NCBI GenBank assembly: GCA_902543485.1
Contig: CACBYP010000006.1
Coordinates: 11,807 to 75,806 of the forward strand
From: an uncultured Pelagibacteraceae bacterium
GTDB lineage: Bacteria > Pseudomonadota > Alphaproteobacteria > Pelagibacterales > Pelagibacteraceae
Direction of reading: 5' to 3'
Length of the DNA stretch: 64,000 bases
Under the pieces are notes generated by a model. That model was given only the letters and a program-made list of their open reading frames with translations. It was not told the origin of the DNA and searched no databases. Position numbers and translations under genes: made by a program. Of this stretch, positions 20,041 to 28,252 are shown in pieces (positions within the stretch are counted from its first letter, which is position 1; each line of letters opens with the position of its first letter).

Positions 20041-20098
20041 AAGTTTGATATATAAAAGCTTTATAATTTTTCAACACTATATAATGAGTAGTATTGTC

Positions 20099-21526
20099 CT
20101 ATAATTTTTGTCTAAATTCGTAAGTTTTATTTAATTCATCTATATCAAATGATTCTATTGATCCATCGGTCCATTTAATTTCAACTTTAAAGTCTTTTTC
20201 ACCTTGTCTTATTCCATAATGAGCTACTGGTTCCATCTGACAGAGATAACCTGAGCCTGCATCTATTGTTTTTGAGTGAATTCTTTTATTAGATTTCATT
20301 GTTACTGTTGCCCCTCTTGCAGGAGCTCCATACTGATTAAGTGGTTTAATTCTTAAATAATTAAAATTTTTTATATCTGCTTTATATAAAGTTAACGGTT
20401 GAAACCCTGACTCACCATGTGAAACTAATAGTTCTAAAATTCCATCGCCATCAACATCTGCAACAGCTGCTCCAGTTCCAAGACCTACAGTCTCTAAACC
20501 ATTTTCCATTTTAATTTCTTTAAATATTCCACCCTCTAAAACTTTGAAAAGTTTATTTGGTTCTCCAATATTATTCATGAAAATTTCATCATATCCATCA
20601 TTATCAAAATCAGCTGAAATAACTGTTCTTATCTTAGTAGGTTCGTTGTATGGAGATGTTGATATATCTTTAAATTTGTCTCCATCTAAAACATATGCTC
20701 TATGCATTCCATCCCAGTTTGAAGATAAGATATCTAATCTCCCTCTATATAAAAGATCACTTAAAGCTGTTCCTCTACCATTTTCAAATCTATCTTGTAC
20801 AGCATACTCTTCAGCAACATCTTGGAAAGAACCTTTAGAATTATAATATAAAAAGTTGTCTCCTCTTTCATTTGCTGCAAAAATATCAGATCTATCTGAA
20901 AGAATGTGTCCAGACACAATAGCTCTGCCTCCAGTAATTTTATCGATTGATAATGATTTCGCTTGGTCTTTTATTCGATTTCTAATTAATTCATAAAATC
21001 GCGTAGGACCTCCATAATTTGCAACATAAATACCGTATGCACCATCACCTTTTCTATCTACACAAACAACAGATCTTCCAGCGGTTAAGTTTAATTCATT
21101 TTGATTAATTTCTTTTTCGAATAAATCTTCAAATTTATTATTATTTAAATCTATTAGTCGATCAGAATAAATTTTTGATCCACTATATGTATCAGTATTT
21201 AAAAAATATATTTCTTCATAGCCATCTTGATCGATATCACATGCAGCAACACCAATTGTTCTTCTTTCTTCATCAGTGAATATTTTTTCATTTACAATAT
21301 TTATTAGTTTCCCATCTTTATAAGAGAGGGCTAAATTTTTAAAACCAAAGCCAGTTACTACAAAATCATATTTATTATCTTTGTTAACATCCGTAACAGA
21401 TACTCCATAGCTTAATCGAAACTCATTTTCAGCTATTTGATCAGTTATATTTAGGAAAAAATCTTTAGCGTTAGCATAATTAATTACTGATAAAATGCTT
21501 AGAAAAATGAAGATAATTTTTTTCAT
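20099..21526 (-). CDS. Secreted FG-GAP/VCBS-repeat beta-propeller protein with ASPIC/UnbV-like C-terminus (CRTAC1-like)
   Basis: Repeated Ca-binding-type D-x-D-x-DG loops (CDIDQDGYEEIYF, ADFDNDGYDEIFM, ADVDGDGILELLV) and a C-terminal GSGYLCQMEPVAHYGI block. The track start at 21532 is TTG; the ATG at 21526 gives the signal peptide MKKIIFIFLSILSVINYANA. Confidence 0.8.
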   Translation of the reverse strand: MKKIIFIFLSILSVINYANAKDFFLNITDQIAENEFRLSYGVSVTDVNKDNKYDFVVTGFGFKNLALSYKDGKLINIVNEKIFTDEERRTIGVAACDIDQDGYEEIYFLNTDTYSGSKIYSDRLIDLNNNKFEDLFEKEINQNELNLTAGRSVVCVDRKGDGAYGIYVANYGGPTRFYELIRNRIKDQAKSLSIDKITGGRAIVSGHILSDRSDIFAANERGDNFLYYNSKGSFQDVAEEYAVQDRFENGRGTALSDLLYRGRLDILSSNWDGMHRAYVLDGDKFKDISTSPYNEPTKIRTVISADFDNDGYDEIFMNNIGEPNKLFKVLEGGIFKEIKMENGLETVGLGTGAAVADVDGDGILELLVSHGESGFQPLTLYKADIKNFNYLRIKPLNQYGAPARGATVTMKSNKRIHSKTIDAGSGYLCQMEPVAHYGIRQGEKDFKVEIKWTDGSIESFDIDELNKTYEFRQKL

Positions 21527-21576
21527 AATCAAGCTCTTTATTGGAATTTTAAAATTATAATATGAGATAAATTAGC

Positions 21577-21774
21577 TTACTCGAGTAGGCCTAATATTGA
21601 ATAAATAACTAAACCTATGATTGCTGCGAAGAAAATTAAAAATGAAATTTGACTAAAAATATTATTCTTTGATCTAATTTCCCCCTTCTTGTACTTTCTA
21701 ATCTGAATGATGCCAAACCTAATTACTATTAAACCAAGAATTAATAATGATACTTTAAATAAAAATTCAATCAT
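21577..21774 (-). CDS. Small two-TM membrane protein
   Basis: 65 aa with two hydrophobic helices, lying 21 nt downstream of the second pilin gene. Confidence 0.4.
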   Translation of the reverse strand: MIEFLFKVSLLILGLIVIRFGIIQIRKYKKGEIRSKNNIFSQISFLIFFAAIIGLVIYSILGLLE

Positions 21775-21795
21775 TTTTGAATCGTAATAAATTTT

Positions 21796-22350
21796 TTATA
21801 AATTAGGATCGATTATAACAGAGTCTTGCATTTTTTTATTATCCCACCACCACATAACTTTAATTTTGCCCGCATTTGAAGAGCAATATGGATTTCTTGG
21901 ACAAACAACCATTGTAACTTCTCCATCATCTTCGCCATCACCAGCTCCAACTCCTTTTGAACTTTTCATCTTAACAGCACAATTACCTGATGGATGATTA
22001 TATGATCTTCCTTGATAACTTTTTGTAGATGTATCTAGAGGATTAGCTAGACCATATTTATGTGTTAATGTTATAGCTGCACAACTCCATTGTTTATTTT
22101 TAAAAATATCATTGCAGGGAACACCGGGATCTCCAAAAATTCTATTTGAGCTGTCAATGCTACATCTAACAAATTCAGTTTTCATATAATTTACTGTTGT
22201 TTTAAAATTTGCTTTAACAACTGCTTTTTTTGCACTCTCAGTATAACCATTGTAAGCAACAATACCTACTGCAGCAAGAATACCTATTATTGCGACAACA
22301 ACTAGGAGTTCGATCAATGTGAAACCTTTTTTATTCAAATGATATTTCAT
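21796..22350 (-). CDS. Type IV pilin / pseudopilin (prepilin-type N-terminal cleavage-methylation domain), copy 2
   Basis: MKYHLNKKG|FTLIELLVVVAIIGILAAVG class III signal. Six Cys in the C-terminal domain. The track start at 22356 is TTG; the ATG is at 22350. Overlaps the upstream pilin gene by 20 nt. Confidence 0.85.
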   Translation of the reverse strand: MKYHLNKKGFTLIELLVVVAIIGILAAVGIVAYNGYTESAKKAVVKANFKTTVNYMKTEFVRCSIDSSNRIFGDPGVPCNDIFKNKQWSCAAITLTHKYGLANPLDTSTKSYQGRSYNHPSGNCAVKMKSSKGVGAGDGEDDGEVTMVVCPRNPYCSSNAGKIKVMWWWDNKKMQDSVIIDPNL

Positions 22351-22852
22351 TTTCAATGTACTGAGTTTTACCTGTGCTATTTCCTAAATTTGAGCAAACT
22401 TTTATTGTCGTAGAGTTCAATTTAAATATTGATAGATAGCCACCCTGTTGAGCATGTGAAGGACATGCTGTCATATAACCTGGTGGATTGCAGTTTGTAA
22501 CATTTAATTTACACCATGAACCGTAAGGTGGATTACTTCCATAAAAAGGACTTGTCCAGTTCAATCCATATACTGTTTGATTCATATAACTAATAAAATT
22601 ATCAATGCTCATAGGACAGTTTGCTGTCTTCTCCTTGCCATTTATGTCATTATATTTTATTGGTTCACCAACACTACATAATGCTGATTTAGCTGCTACC
22701 ATTTTAAATATAGTTGTATGATTTGACTTTGTAGCTGCAATTTTTGCACCGCTTGTATACCCGCTATAAGCCACAACTCCGACAGCAGCTAAAATTCCAA
22801 TTATTGCTACAACGACTAAAAGTTCTATAAGTGTAAATCCTTTATTTTTCAT
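22331..22852 (-). CDS. Type IV pilin / pseudopilin, copy 1
   Basis: MKNKG|FTLIELLVVVAIIGILAAVG class III signal with Glu+5. Six Cys in the C-terminal domain. ATGA overlap with the upstream gene. Confidence 0.9.
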   Translation of the reverse strand: MKNKGFTLIELLVVVAIIGILAAVGVVAYSGYTSGAKIAATKSNHTTIFKMVAAKSALCSVGEPIKYNDINGKEKTANCPMSIDNFISYMNQTVYGLNWTSPFYGSNPPYGSWCKLNVTNCNPPGYMTACPSHAQQGGYLSIFKLNSTTIKVCSNLGNSTGKTQYIENEISFE

Positions 22853-23391
22853 TTTTTATTTGCTTTGTAATTTTCCATCCATTTTTTAAAAACTATTAAA
22901 GCATCATTCATATCTTTTGTTTTATTTGGATGATTTTTAGCCCTACCTAGCATAGTTGCAATAACATTTAATTGATATTTTATTGGTCTTTTTTTTATGG
23001 CTGAAACAGTAAACAATGCTTTTTCCTTATCTTTAAATCCTAAACCTTTTAAGGTTGTCTCTGGTTTATAATCTGAAAATAAAGAAAGATTTAATGGTTT
23101 AAATTTTTTATCTTTGATTAGTTTATTCATTGGCATTTTATCAACTATATCAAAGATTTTTTTTGTATATATTTTATCTAACTCAATTTTTATTGTGCCA
23201 TCAAAACCAATTAAAGTAACTTTAAATTTTTTTGATTTATCTAATTTTGTAACTAATTTTATATATCTTTTGTGAAAGGCTTTAATTTCTTTTTGATACA
23301 AATCTTTTGATCTTTTATATTCTGAATGATTGTAATTAGGCGTGTTGAGGACTAGCAATCTACATTTCCATAGATATTTTTTAAAACTCAT
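22849..23391 (-). CDS. DUF4174-like protein with an unrecognised C-terminal half
   Basis: 180 aa. The N-half (RLLVLNTP...KVTLIGFDGTIKIELDKIY...IFDIVDKMPMN) matches my recollection of the DUF4174 pattern. The C-half (GLGFKDKEKA...MLGRAKNHPNKTKDM) is unrecognised. Confidence 0.5.
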   Translation of the reverse strand: MSFKKYLWKCRLLVLNTPNYNHSEYKRSKDLYQKEIKAFHKRYIKLVTKLDKSKKFKVTLIGFDGTIKIELDKIYTKKIFDIVDKMPMNKLIKDKKFKPLNLSLFSDYKPETTLKGLGFKDKEKALFTVSAIKKRPIKYQLNVIATMLGRAKNHPNKTKDMNDALIVFKKWMENYKANKK

Positions 23392-23399
23392 TAAAAATA

Positions 23400-25991
23400 T
23401 TAATTGTAAATTTTGTCTCTTACAAGCTTACTTAACAAACTATATCCAAGTTCGTTCATATGTAGTGGATCTTCATCATAAAACTTATCATAACCAGCAT
23501 TTATCATTGGTGTTGTAATATCAACATAATCCCACATTTTTAAATTGGTTAGGTGTTTTTTTATCTTCGAATTAGCATCTAAAATTGTTGTCATAAGATC
23601 TCTTCTAAAGGGACTAGGCTTAATTGAAATAAAAAAACATTTTGCTCTAGGTAGTTTTTCTTCAACTTGGTTAGAAAATAATAAAAATTCTTTTAACAAT
23701 TCATCACTATCCATTCCATAACCAATATCATTATCTCCAGCATAAAAGAAAAGATTAGATGGGTTTAAAGGAGCAACCAATCTATCAAAATATCTTCTAC
23801 AAGAGACTAAGGTTGAGCCACCAAAACCTAAATTATAAAGATTATTTATTGATAAATCATTTTTAGCATTATCCCACATTTTAAAAGTTGAACTTCCATA
23901 CAAGGCAACACTGTTATTTGTTTTCGTCTGTTGAAAAGAATTATGCTCTAATTCTCTAACATCGAGTTCAAACTCTTCTTCAACTGGACTAACTAAATTT
24001 ACATTAGTTTTCAAATTTTCTATTTTATCTATGTTGTCTTGAACATTTTTAGCTAAATCAATAGCTTCTTCTACATAAGATCTAAATTTGGTTCTGTAAT
24101 TTTCTAAGAAGCTTTTCATTTCCTCTTGATTTTCTGGATCTTTGACATGATCACTTATAGTTATTGGCTCCTTAATAACTGCTGAATATATTGTTTTAGA
24201 AACTGGATAATCAAAATTAGCAAGGGCAATTGGAATTAGTTTTGGTTTAGGATTAAGTTTAAATGCAAGATTAAATGCACCAGCTTTAAATGGTCCTGGA
24301 GATGTTATTGTTTTATTATCTTCTGTTTCTGATGTTCCTTCGGGCGCAATTACAATCGGTTGTTTTTGATTAAATACCTTTTGAGCTTCATCAAAGAGTT
24401 TTTGTTTTCTAGCTTTCTTTTCTTCTTCACTTTCGTCCAATTTATCAGACTCTGGAGTATGAACAAAAATGTAATCTAAATTTTCATAATAATTATATCT
24501 CCAAAATTCTGTATTCCGACTTGTTCTAACAATACGTTGTCCTCCATCATTATATTTTGGATATAAAATTTTTGAACTGATGAAATGACTGTCGATTGAA
24601 AACGAATGCCCATTTGCAAGCTGATTATCATCTATAGCTGCTAAGTGATTGTAGAAAAAAATATTTGTTGGTTCATCTGGCAAATTTTCCCAACCCTTAA
24701 TTACATATTTAACATTATCAAAAGCTTTGGTGAAATTTGAATTGGTTAACTCTCTTAATTTTGTTTTATCTGAATTACTAGAAGAATTTGAAACTCTATT
24801 ATAAATAATATTTAATTGACTATGGAAACGAGACTCTCTTTCTAAATTATTTAATGTATCTTTTATTAAACTAGATAATGATTTTTCTATCTCATTTCCT
24901 TTAATAAGTAGTTCGTAAACAACATCAAATGCCATTGCATAAGTATGAGTACTCTTCAATAAATGTGGAATACTATATAACTTAGAACTAGCAGGTATTC
25001 TTGCAGTATTATCTTTCAATAATAAATTAACAAATTCTAATTCGTTTTCCGCTGAATATTTTGTCAGACCAGTTGCACTTTGTTGAAAACGTCCTAACTG
25101 CCACAATTGTCTTTTGAAAATCTTTATTGATAATTCTGGGTCAGAAATAATCAGATTTTCAAGTGCTTCGTTAGAAATATGTAAAACTTTTGTATCCCTA
25201 GTAGATTTAATTGTATATGGATTAAAAAAATCTCCTTTTCCAGAAGATAAAGTTAAAGCAATACCAGCTCTAGTTAGAGTTCTAAAATTTCTTCTTATTT
25301 TTCCATTAATAAAGTTATGGAATAAGCCATCAACTTTACCACTTAATAATATCTTTAAACCTTTAGAAACGTCTCCCTCTTTAACTATATATTGATTTGA
25401 TGAATACATCTTAATATTACCTAATTTAATAAACTTTTCTAAGTCATCATCTGTAAGTGTTGAGAAAAAAGTAGCAGATTTAATTCTATGTATATTTGTA
25501 ATACTTTTTTCTGATGGGATGCCTGGAGAAATTTGTATTTCATCATCTTTATACAAAGTGTTTAAATTTCTTGAAGAGACAAGCAGTTGGAAAGAAAAAA
25601 AAGAAATGGCTGAGTATAATGTTGATATAAGTTTACTATTTTTTTGTTGTAAATCTCTTAAATCATCTATTTTTATCGAGATATATTCTGTTCCACCTTC
25701 AATAAATATTTCACCCATAAATCTATTGGGTTGATTAAGTCCAGATATACCTAATGGTGTTGCAGGCTTTGTTATTTTTGCAAAGGTTATAGATTTAGTT
25801 TCAAAATACTTGGTAAATGTAGCTTTGCCTTTAATTAAAAAATAAATATTTTGTGAAATTTGATGCTGCTTTGCTAAAACTTCATCACTTGCAGCTATTA
25901 TGTGATCTGATATTCCATCTATTAGTCCAAAAGATTCTTTCAGATTTCCTAAATCAAAGCCATTTTGCTCAAATAATTCAGATAATTTCAT
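23400..25991 (-). CDS. Multidomain protein: 2 x CAP/cNMP-binding-like domains + glycerolipid acyltransferase (HX4D, PEGT) + SGNH/GDSL hydrolase
   Basis: 863 aa. cNMP-like beta-barrel starts at NIYFLIKGKATF (about aa 48) and YIVKEGDVSKGLKILLSGKV (about aa 201). The acyltransferase part has H449-LAAI-D454 and P550-EGT. The SGNH blocks are YGSS701, GFGG725, GDND755 and DPLH844. Confidence 0.8.
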   Translation of the reverse strand: MKLSELFEQNGFDLGNLKESFGLIDGISDHIIAASDEVLAKQHQISQNIYFLIKGKATFTKYFETKSITFAKITKPATPLGISGLNQPNRFMGEIFIEGGTEYISIKIDDLRDLQQKNSKLISTLYSAISFFSFQLLVSSRNLNTLYKDDEIQISPGIPSEKSITNIHRIKSATFFSTLTDDDLEKFIKLGNIKMYSSNQYIVKEGDVSKGLKILLSGKVDGLFHNFINGKIRRNFRTLTRAGIALTLSSGKGDFFNPYTIKSTRDTKVLHISNEALENLIISDPELSIKIFKRQLWQLGRFQQSATGLTKYSAENELEFVNLLLKDNTARIPASSKLYSIPHLLKSTHTYAMAFDVVYELLIKGNEIEKSLSSLIKDTLNNLERESRFHSQLNIIYNRVSNSSSNSDKTKLRELTNSNFTKAFDNVKYVIKGWENLPDEPTNIFFYNHLAAIDDNQLANGHSFSIDSHFISSKILYPKYNDGGQRIVRTSRNTEFWRYNYYENLDYIFVHTPESDKLDESEEEKKARKQKLFDEAQKVFNQKQPIVIAPEGTSETEDNKTITSPGPFKAGAFNLAFKLNPKPKLIPIALANFDYPVSKTIYSAVIKEPITISDHVKDPENQEEMKSFLENYRTKFRSYVEEAIDLAKNVQDNIDKIENLKTNVNLVSPVEEEFELDVRELEHNSFQQTKTNNSVALYGSSTFKMWDNAKNDLSINNLYNLGFGGSTLVSCRRYFDRLVAPLNPSNLFFYAGDNDIGYGMDSDELLKEFLLFSNQVEEKLPRAKCFFISIKPSPFRRDLMTTILDANSKIKKHLTNLKMWDYVDITTPMINAGYDKFYDEDPLHMNELGYSLLSKLVRDKIYN

Positions 25992-26243
25992 AGGTAGAAT
26001 GAATAGATATACTTAATTTGAATTTATTGATTAAGAATAAATGCATATCTGGGTTGAAAAGTTATCAATAGTTTACCTAATTTTTTTTAGTATTTATTAG
26101 CTGTGAAACGTAAATTTAAAAAAATCAAATTAATAAATAAATCTAAAACGCTTTCAAAAAAGCCAAAAGTAATAAACCCCAACTTTTTTTATTTTTATAA
26201 TGAAAATGGGAAATTAGTTGGAATTCCTTACGGTAATTAAACT

Positions 26244-27701
26244 TTATCTTCTTTGAGATAAACTAGCGTGTTTATTTAATACTTCGGCTGAAATAACTTT
26301 TGCTTCTGTTGTTTTCTTAACACTCCAGATTTTTTCTTTAGCGGTTTTAGTCGATATTTTATTATCAACTATTGGTGATGGATAATCTTTACCAATTTCT
26401 AAATCTATTCCCTTTTGTTCAATAAATGTTAATTTCCATGGTTCATGAATTAATTTTCCTGGAACATTTTTTAATTCTGGAACCCATTTTTTGATAAAAT
26501 CTCCTGTAGGATCTTGATCAATTGATTGTTTAATTGGATTGTAAATTCTTATTGAATTTATTCCAGTTGTTCCTGATTGCATTTGAAATTGCGAATAATG
26601 AATACCTGGCTCATAATCTGTAAATAATTTTGCTAAATGTTTTGATGTTTTTTTCCAATCAAGCCATAATTGATATGACGCAAATGAAACTAACATTGCT
26701 CTCATTCTAAAATTAATCCATCCTTTAGTTCTAAGGTACCTCATGCAAGCGTCAACAAATGGATAACCAGTAGTTCCATTTTTCCATGCTAAATGATAAT
26801 CTTCATTAAAATCATTTTCTCTTATTCCATTGTAAGCGCTATTCATATTTCTAAATTCAATTTCTGGTTCATCATATAACTTTTGAATAAAATGACAGTG
26901 CCAAGCTAATCGACTTTTAAAAGCAATTAAGGATTTCTTTTTTGAAAAAGATAAATTTGATTTTAACTTTTCGTTAGTTTTTTTAAAAATTTCTTTGATA
27001 GAAATATTTCCAAATGCAATATGAGGGCTTAATCTTGAACAAGAAATTTCTCCTGTTATCGGCGAAGACATTTCTTTTTGGTAATTTTCTGATCTGTCAT
27101 TAAGGAAAGAATCTAAAAGTTGAAGTGCATTTTGTCTTCCACCAATTTGAATTTTTCCATTTTCTAAATTATTTGTTTGTATTTTTGTTAAATCCTCTAC
27201 ATAATTATCTGAAATAAACTCACAATTTAAATTTGAATTTACGCTTTCACTATCTATAAATTTATTCCAATTATATGACCATTTATTTCTAATTCTATGA
27301 TTTAGTTGAACACCAAATTGATTTGATAATTTCCAATTAATATTTTTTTCTTTAAATAAAAAACTAACTTCTTTATCTAAGTTAGTTATGTACATGTTCT
27401 TGAATATTATATTTGAATAAACCTCATTTATTTCAAATTTATCAGTTAAATGACTTAAAATTTCTAATGTATCTCCATAATATATATTGAGTTTAGCATT
27501 ATATTTTTTACTCAATGTTTTTGATAAATCATTTAACGATGATTTTAAAAAATCTAAATGGAATGAACTTGATGTAGATAATTTGTGATATTCTTTATCA
27601 AATATGTAAATTGGTAAAATCTTTCCTGATTTTGCAGCTTCGTTAAATGCATCATTATTAGATACACGTAGATCGTTCCTGAACCATACGATTTTGTTCA
27701 T
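26244..27701 (-). CDS. Cryptochrome/photolyase-family flavoprotein
   Basis: 485 aa. N-terminal [16 protein letters not shown] photolyase domain and a C-terminal FAD-binding region ([13 protein letters not shown]...[10 protein letters not shown]...YNPIKQS). Confidence 0.9.
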   Translation of the reverse strand: MNKIVWFRNDLRVSNNDAFNEAAKSGKILPIYIFDKEYHKLSTSSSFHLDFLKSSLNDLSKTLSKKYNAKLNIYYGDTLEILSHLTDKFEINEVYSNIIFKNMYITNLDKEVSFLFKEKNINWKLSNQFGVQLNHRIRNKWSYNWNKFIDSESVNSNLNCEFISDNYVEDLTKIQTNNLENGKIQIGGRQNALQLLDSFLNDRSENYQKEMSSPITGEISCSRLSPHIAFGNISIKEIFKKTNEKLKSNLSFSKKKSLIAFKSRLAWHCHFIQKLYDEPEIEFRNMNSAYNGIRENDFNEDYHLAWKNGTTGYPFVDACMRYLRTKGWINFRMRAMLVSFASYQLWLDWKKTSKHLAKLFTDYEPGIHYSQFQMQSGTTGINSIRIYNPIKQSIDQDPTGDFIKKWVPELKNVPGKLIHEPWKLTFIEQKGIDLEIGKDYPSPIVDNKISTKTAKEKIWSVKKTTEAKVISAEVLNKHASLSQRR

Positions 27702-27710
27702 TTTTAATAA

Positions 27711-27902
27711 TTAAAGACTGATTTTGAAAGTTCTTGAAGTTTTGTCGTCTGATACTTTTAAAATTTTAAATTTTGAAGTTTTTTCAAGTTTTTGTCCTTT
27801 GTTTGTAACAAAAGATTTCATTTTTTTAACTTCGCCCTCAGGCATTTTTCTTGTGTATTTCAGAGTATGTTTTTTTGATCCAATAACAAATATAGTCTTC
27901 AT
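27711..27902 (-). CDS. Hypothetical small basic protein
   Basis: 63-aa Lys-rich ORF, 9 nt upstream of the photolyase gene. No motif recognised. A same-size antisense ORF exists, so coding status is uncertain. Confidence 0.35.
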   Translation of the reverse strand: MKTIFVIGSKKHTLKYTRKMPEGEVKKMKSFVTNKGQKLEKTSKFKILKVSDDKTSRTFKISL

Positions 27903-28010
27903 AAGATTTTAATTACAAATATATTTATTATCTGTCTCTGTGACATAAGTTTCATTTAAGAGTTTGGGAATATTTTGATTATTTTGATATCGAGAATCTA
28001 CTAAAGAGAC

Positions 28011-28069
28011 AGGTTGTATTCAAATAATATATTTATAAAAGATAGAAATAAATTTGTTGAATACAACCT
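28011..28069. repeat. Perfect 13-bp inverted repeat with 33-nt spacer
   Basis: aggttgtattcaa (28011-28023) and ttgaatacaacct (28057-28069) are exact reverse complements. They lie inside a 348-bp intergenic region. Confidence 0.7.
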
Positions 28070-28204
28070 ACCTAAAACTTATTTTTATAAGTGAAGGAGG
28101 TGCAAATGCTTAGAATAACGCCACCTGACACTTAGCTGGTGAGATATCACATATTAAAAATAACACAAACTAAATCCATTTGATGGATTTGGCCAAAATG
28201 GCAT

Positions 28205-28252
28205 AAAAAAGGGGAGCTCTTTTGGTAATAACCAATTGAGCTGACCCCTTTT
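28205..28252 (-). terminator. Rho-independent terminator after the xsc-to-aminotransferase gene string (usable in both directions)
   Basis: aaaaaaggggagctc...gagctgacccctttt: GC-rich stem with a 2-nt bulge, flanked by an A-run and a T-run. It overlaps the stop codon at 28251-28253. Confidence 0.65.

Noticed and set aside
21796-22852. A complete type IV pilus or type II secretion locus
   Set aside because: Only two pilin-type genes are present. No prepilin peptidase, ATPase, platform or secretin genes occur anywhere in the window.
26103-26240. GTG-initiated 45-codon plus-strand ORF in the 252-bp spacer upstream of the 863-aa gene
   Set aside because: It has no Shine-Dalgarno, a non-ATG start and a low-complexity Lys-rich product. 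The spacer is more likely the promoter region of the 863-aa gene and the 3' region of the photolyase gene.
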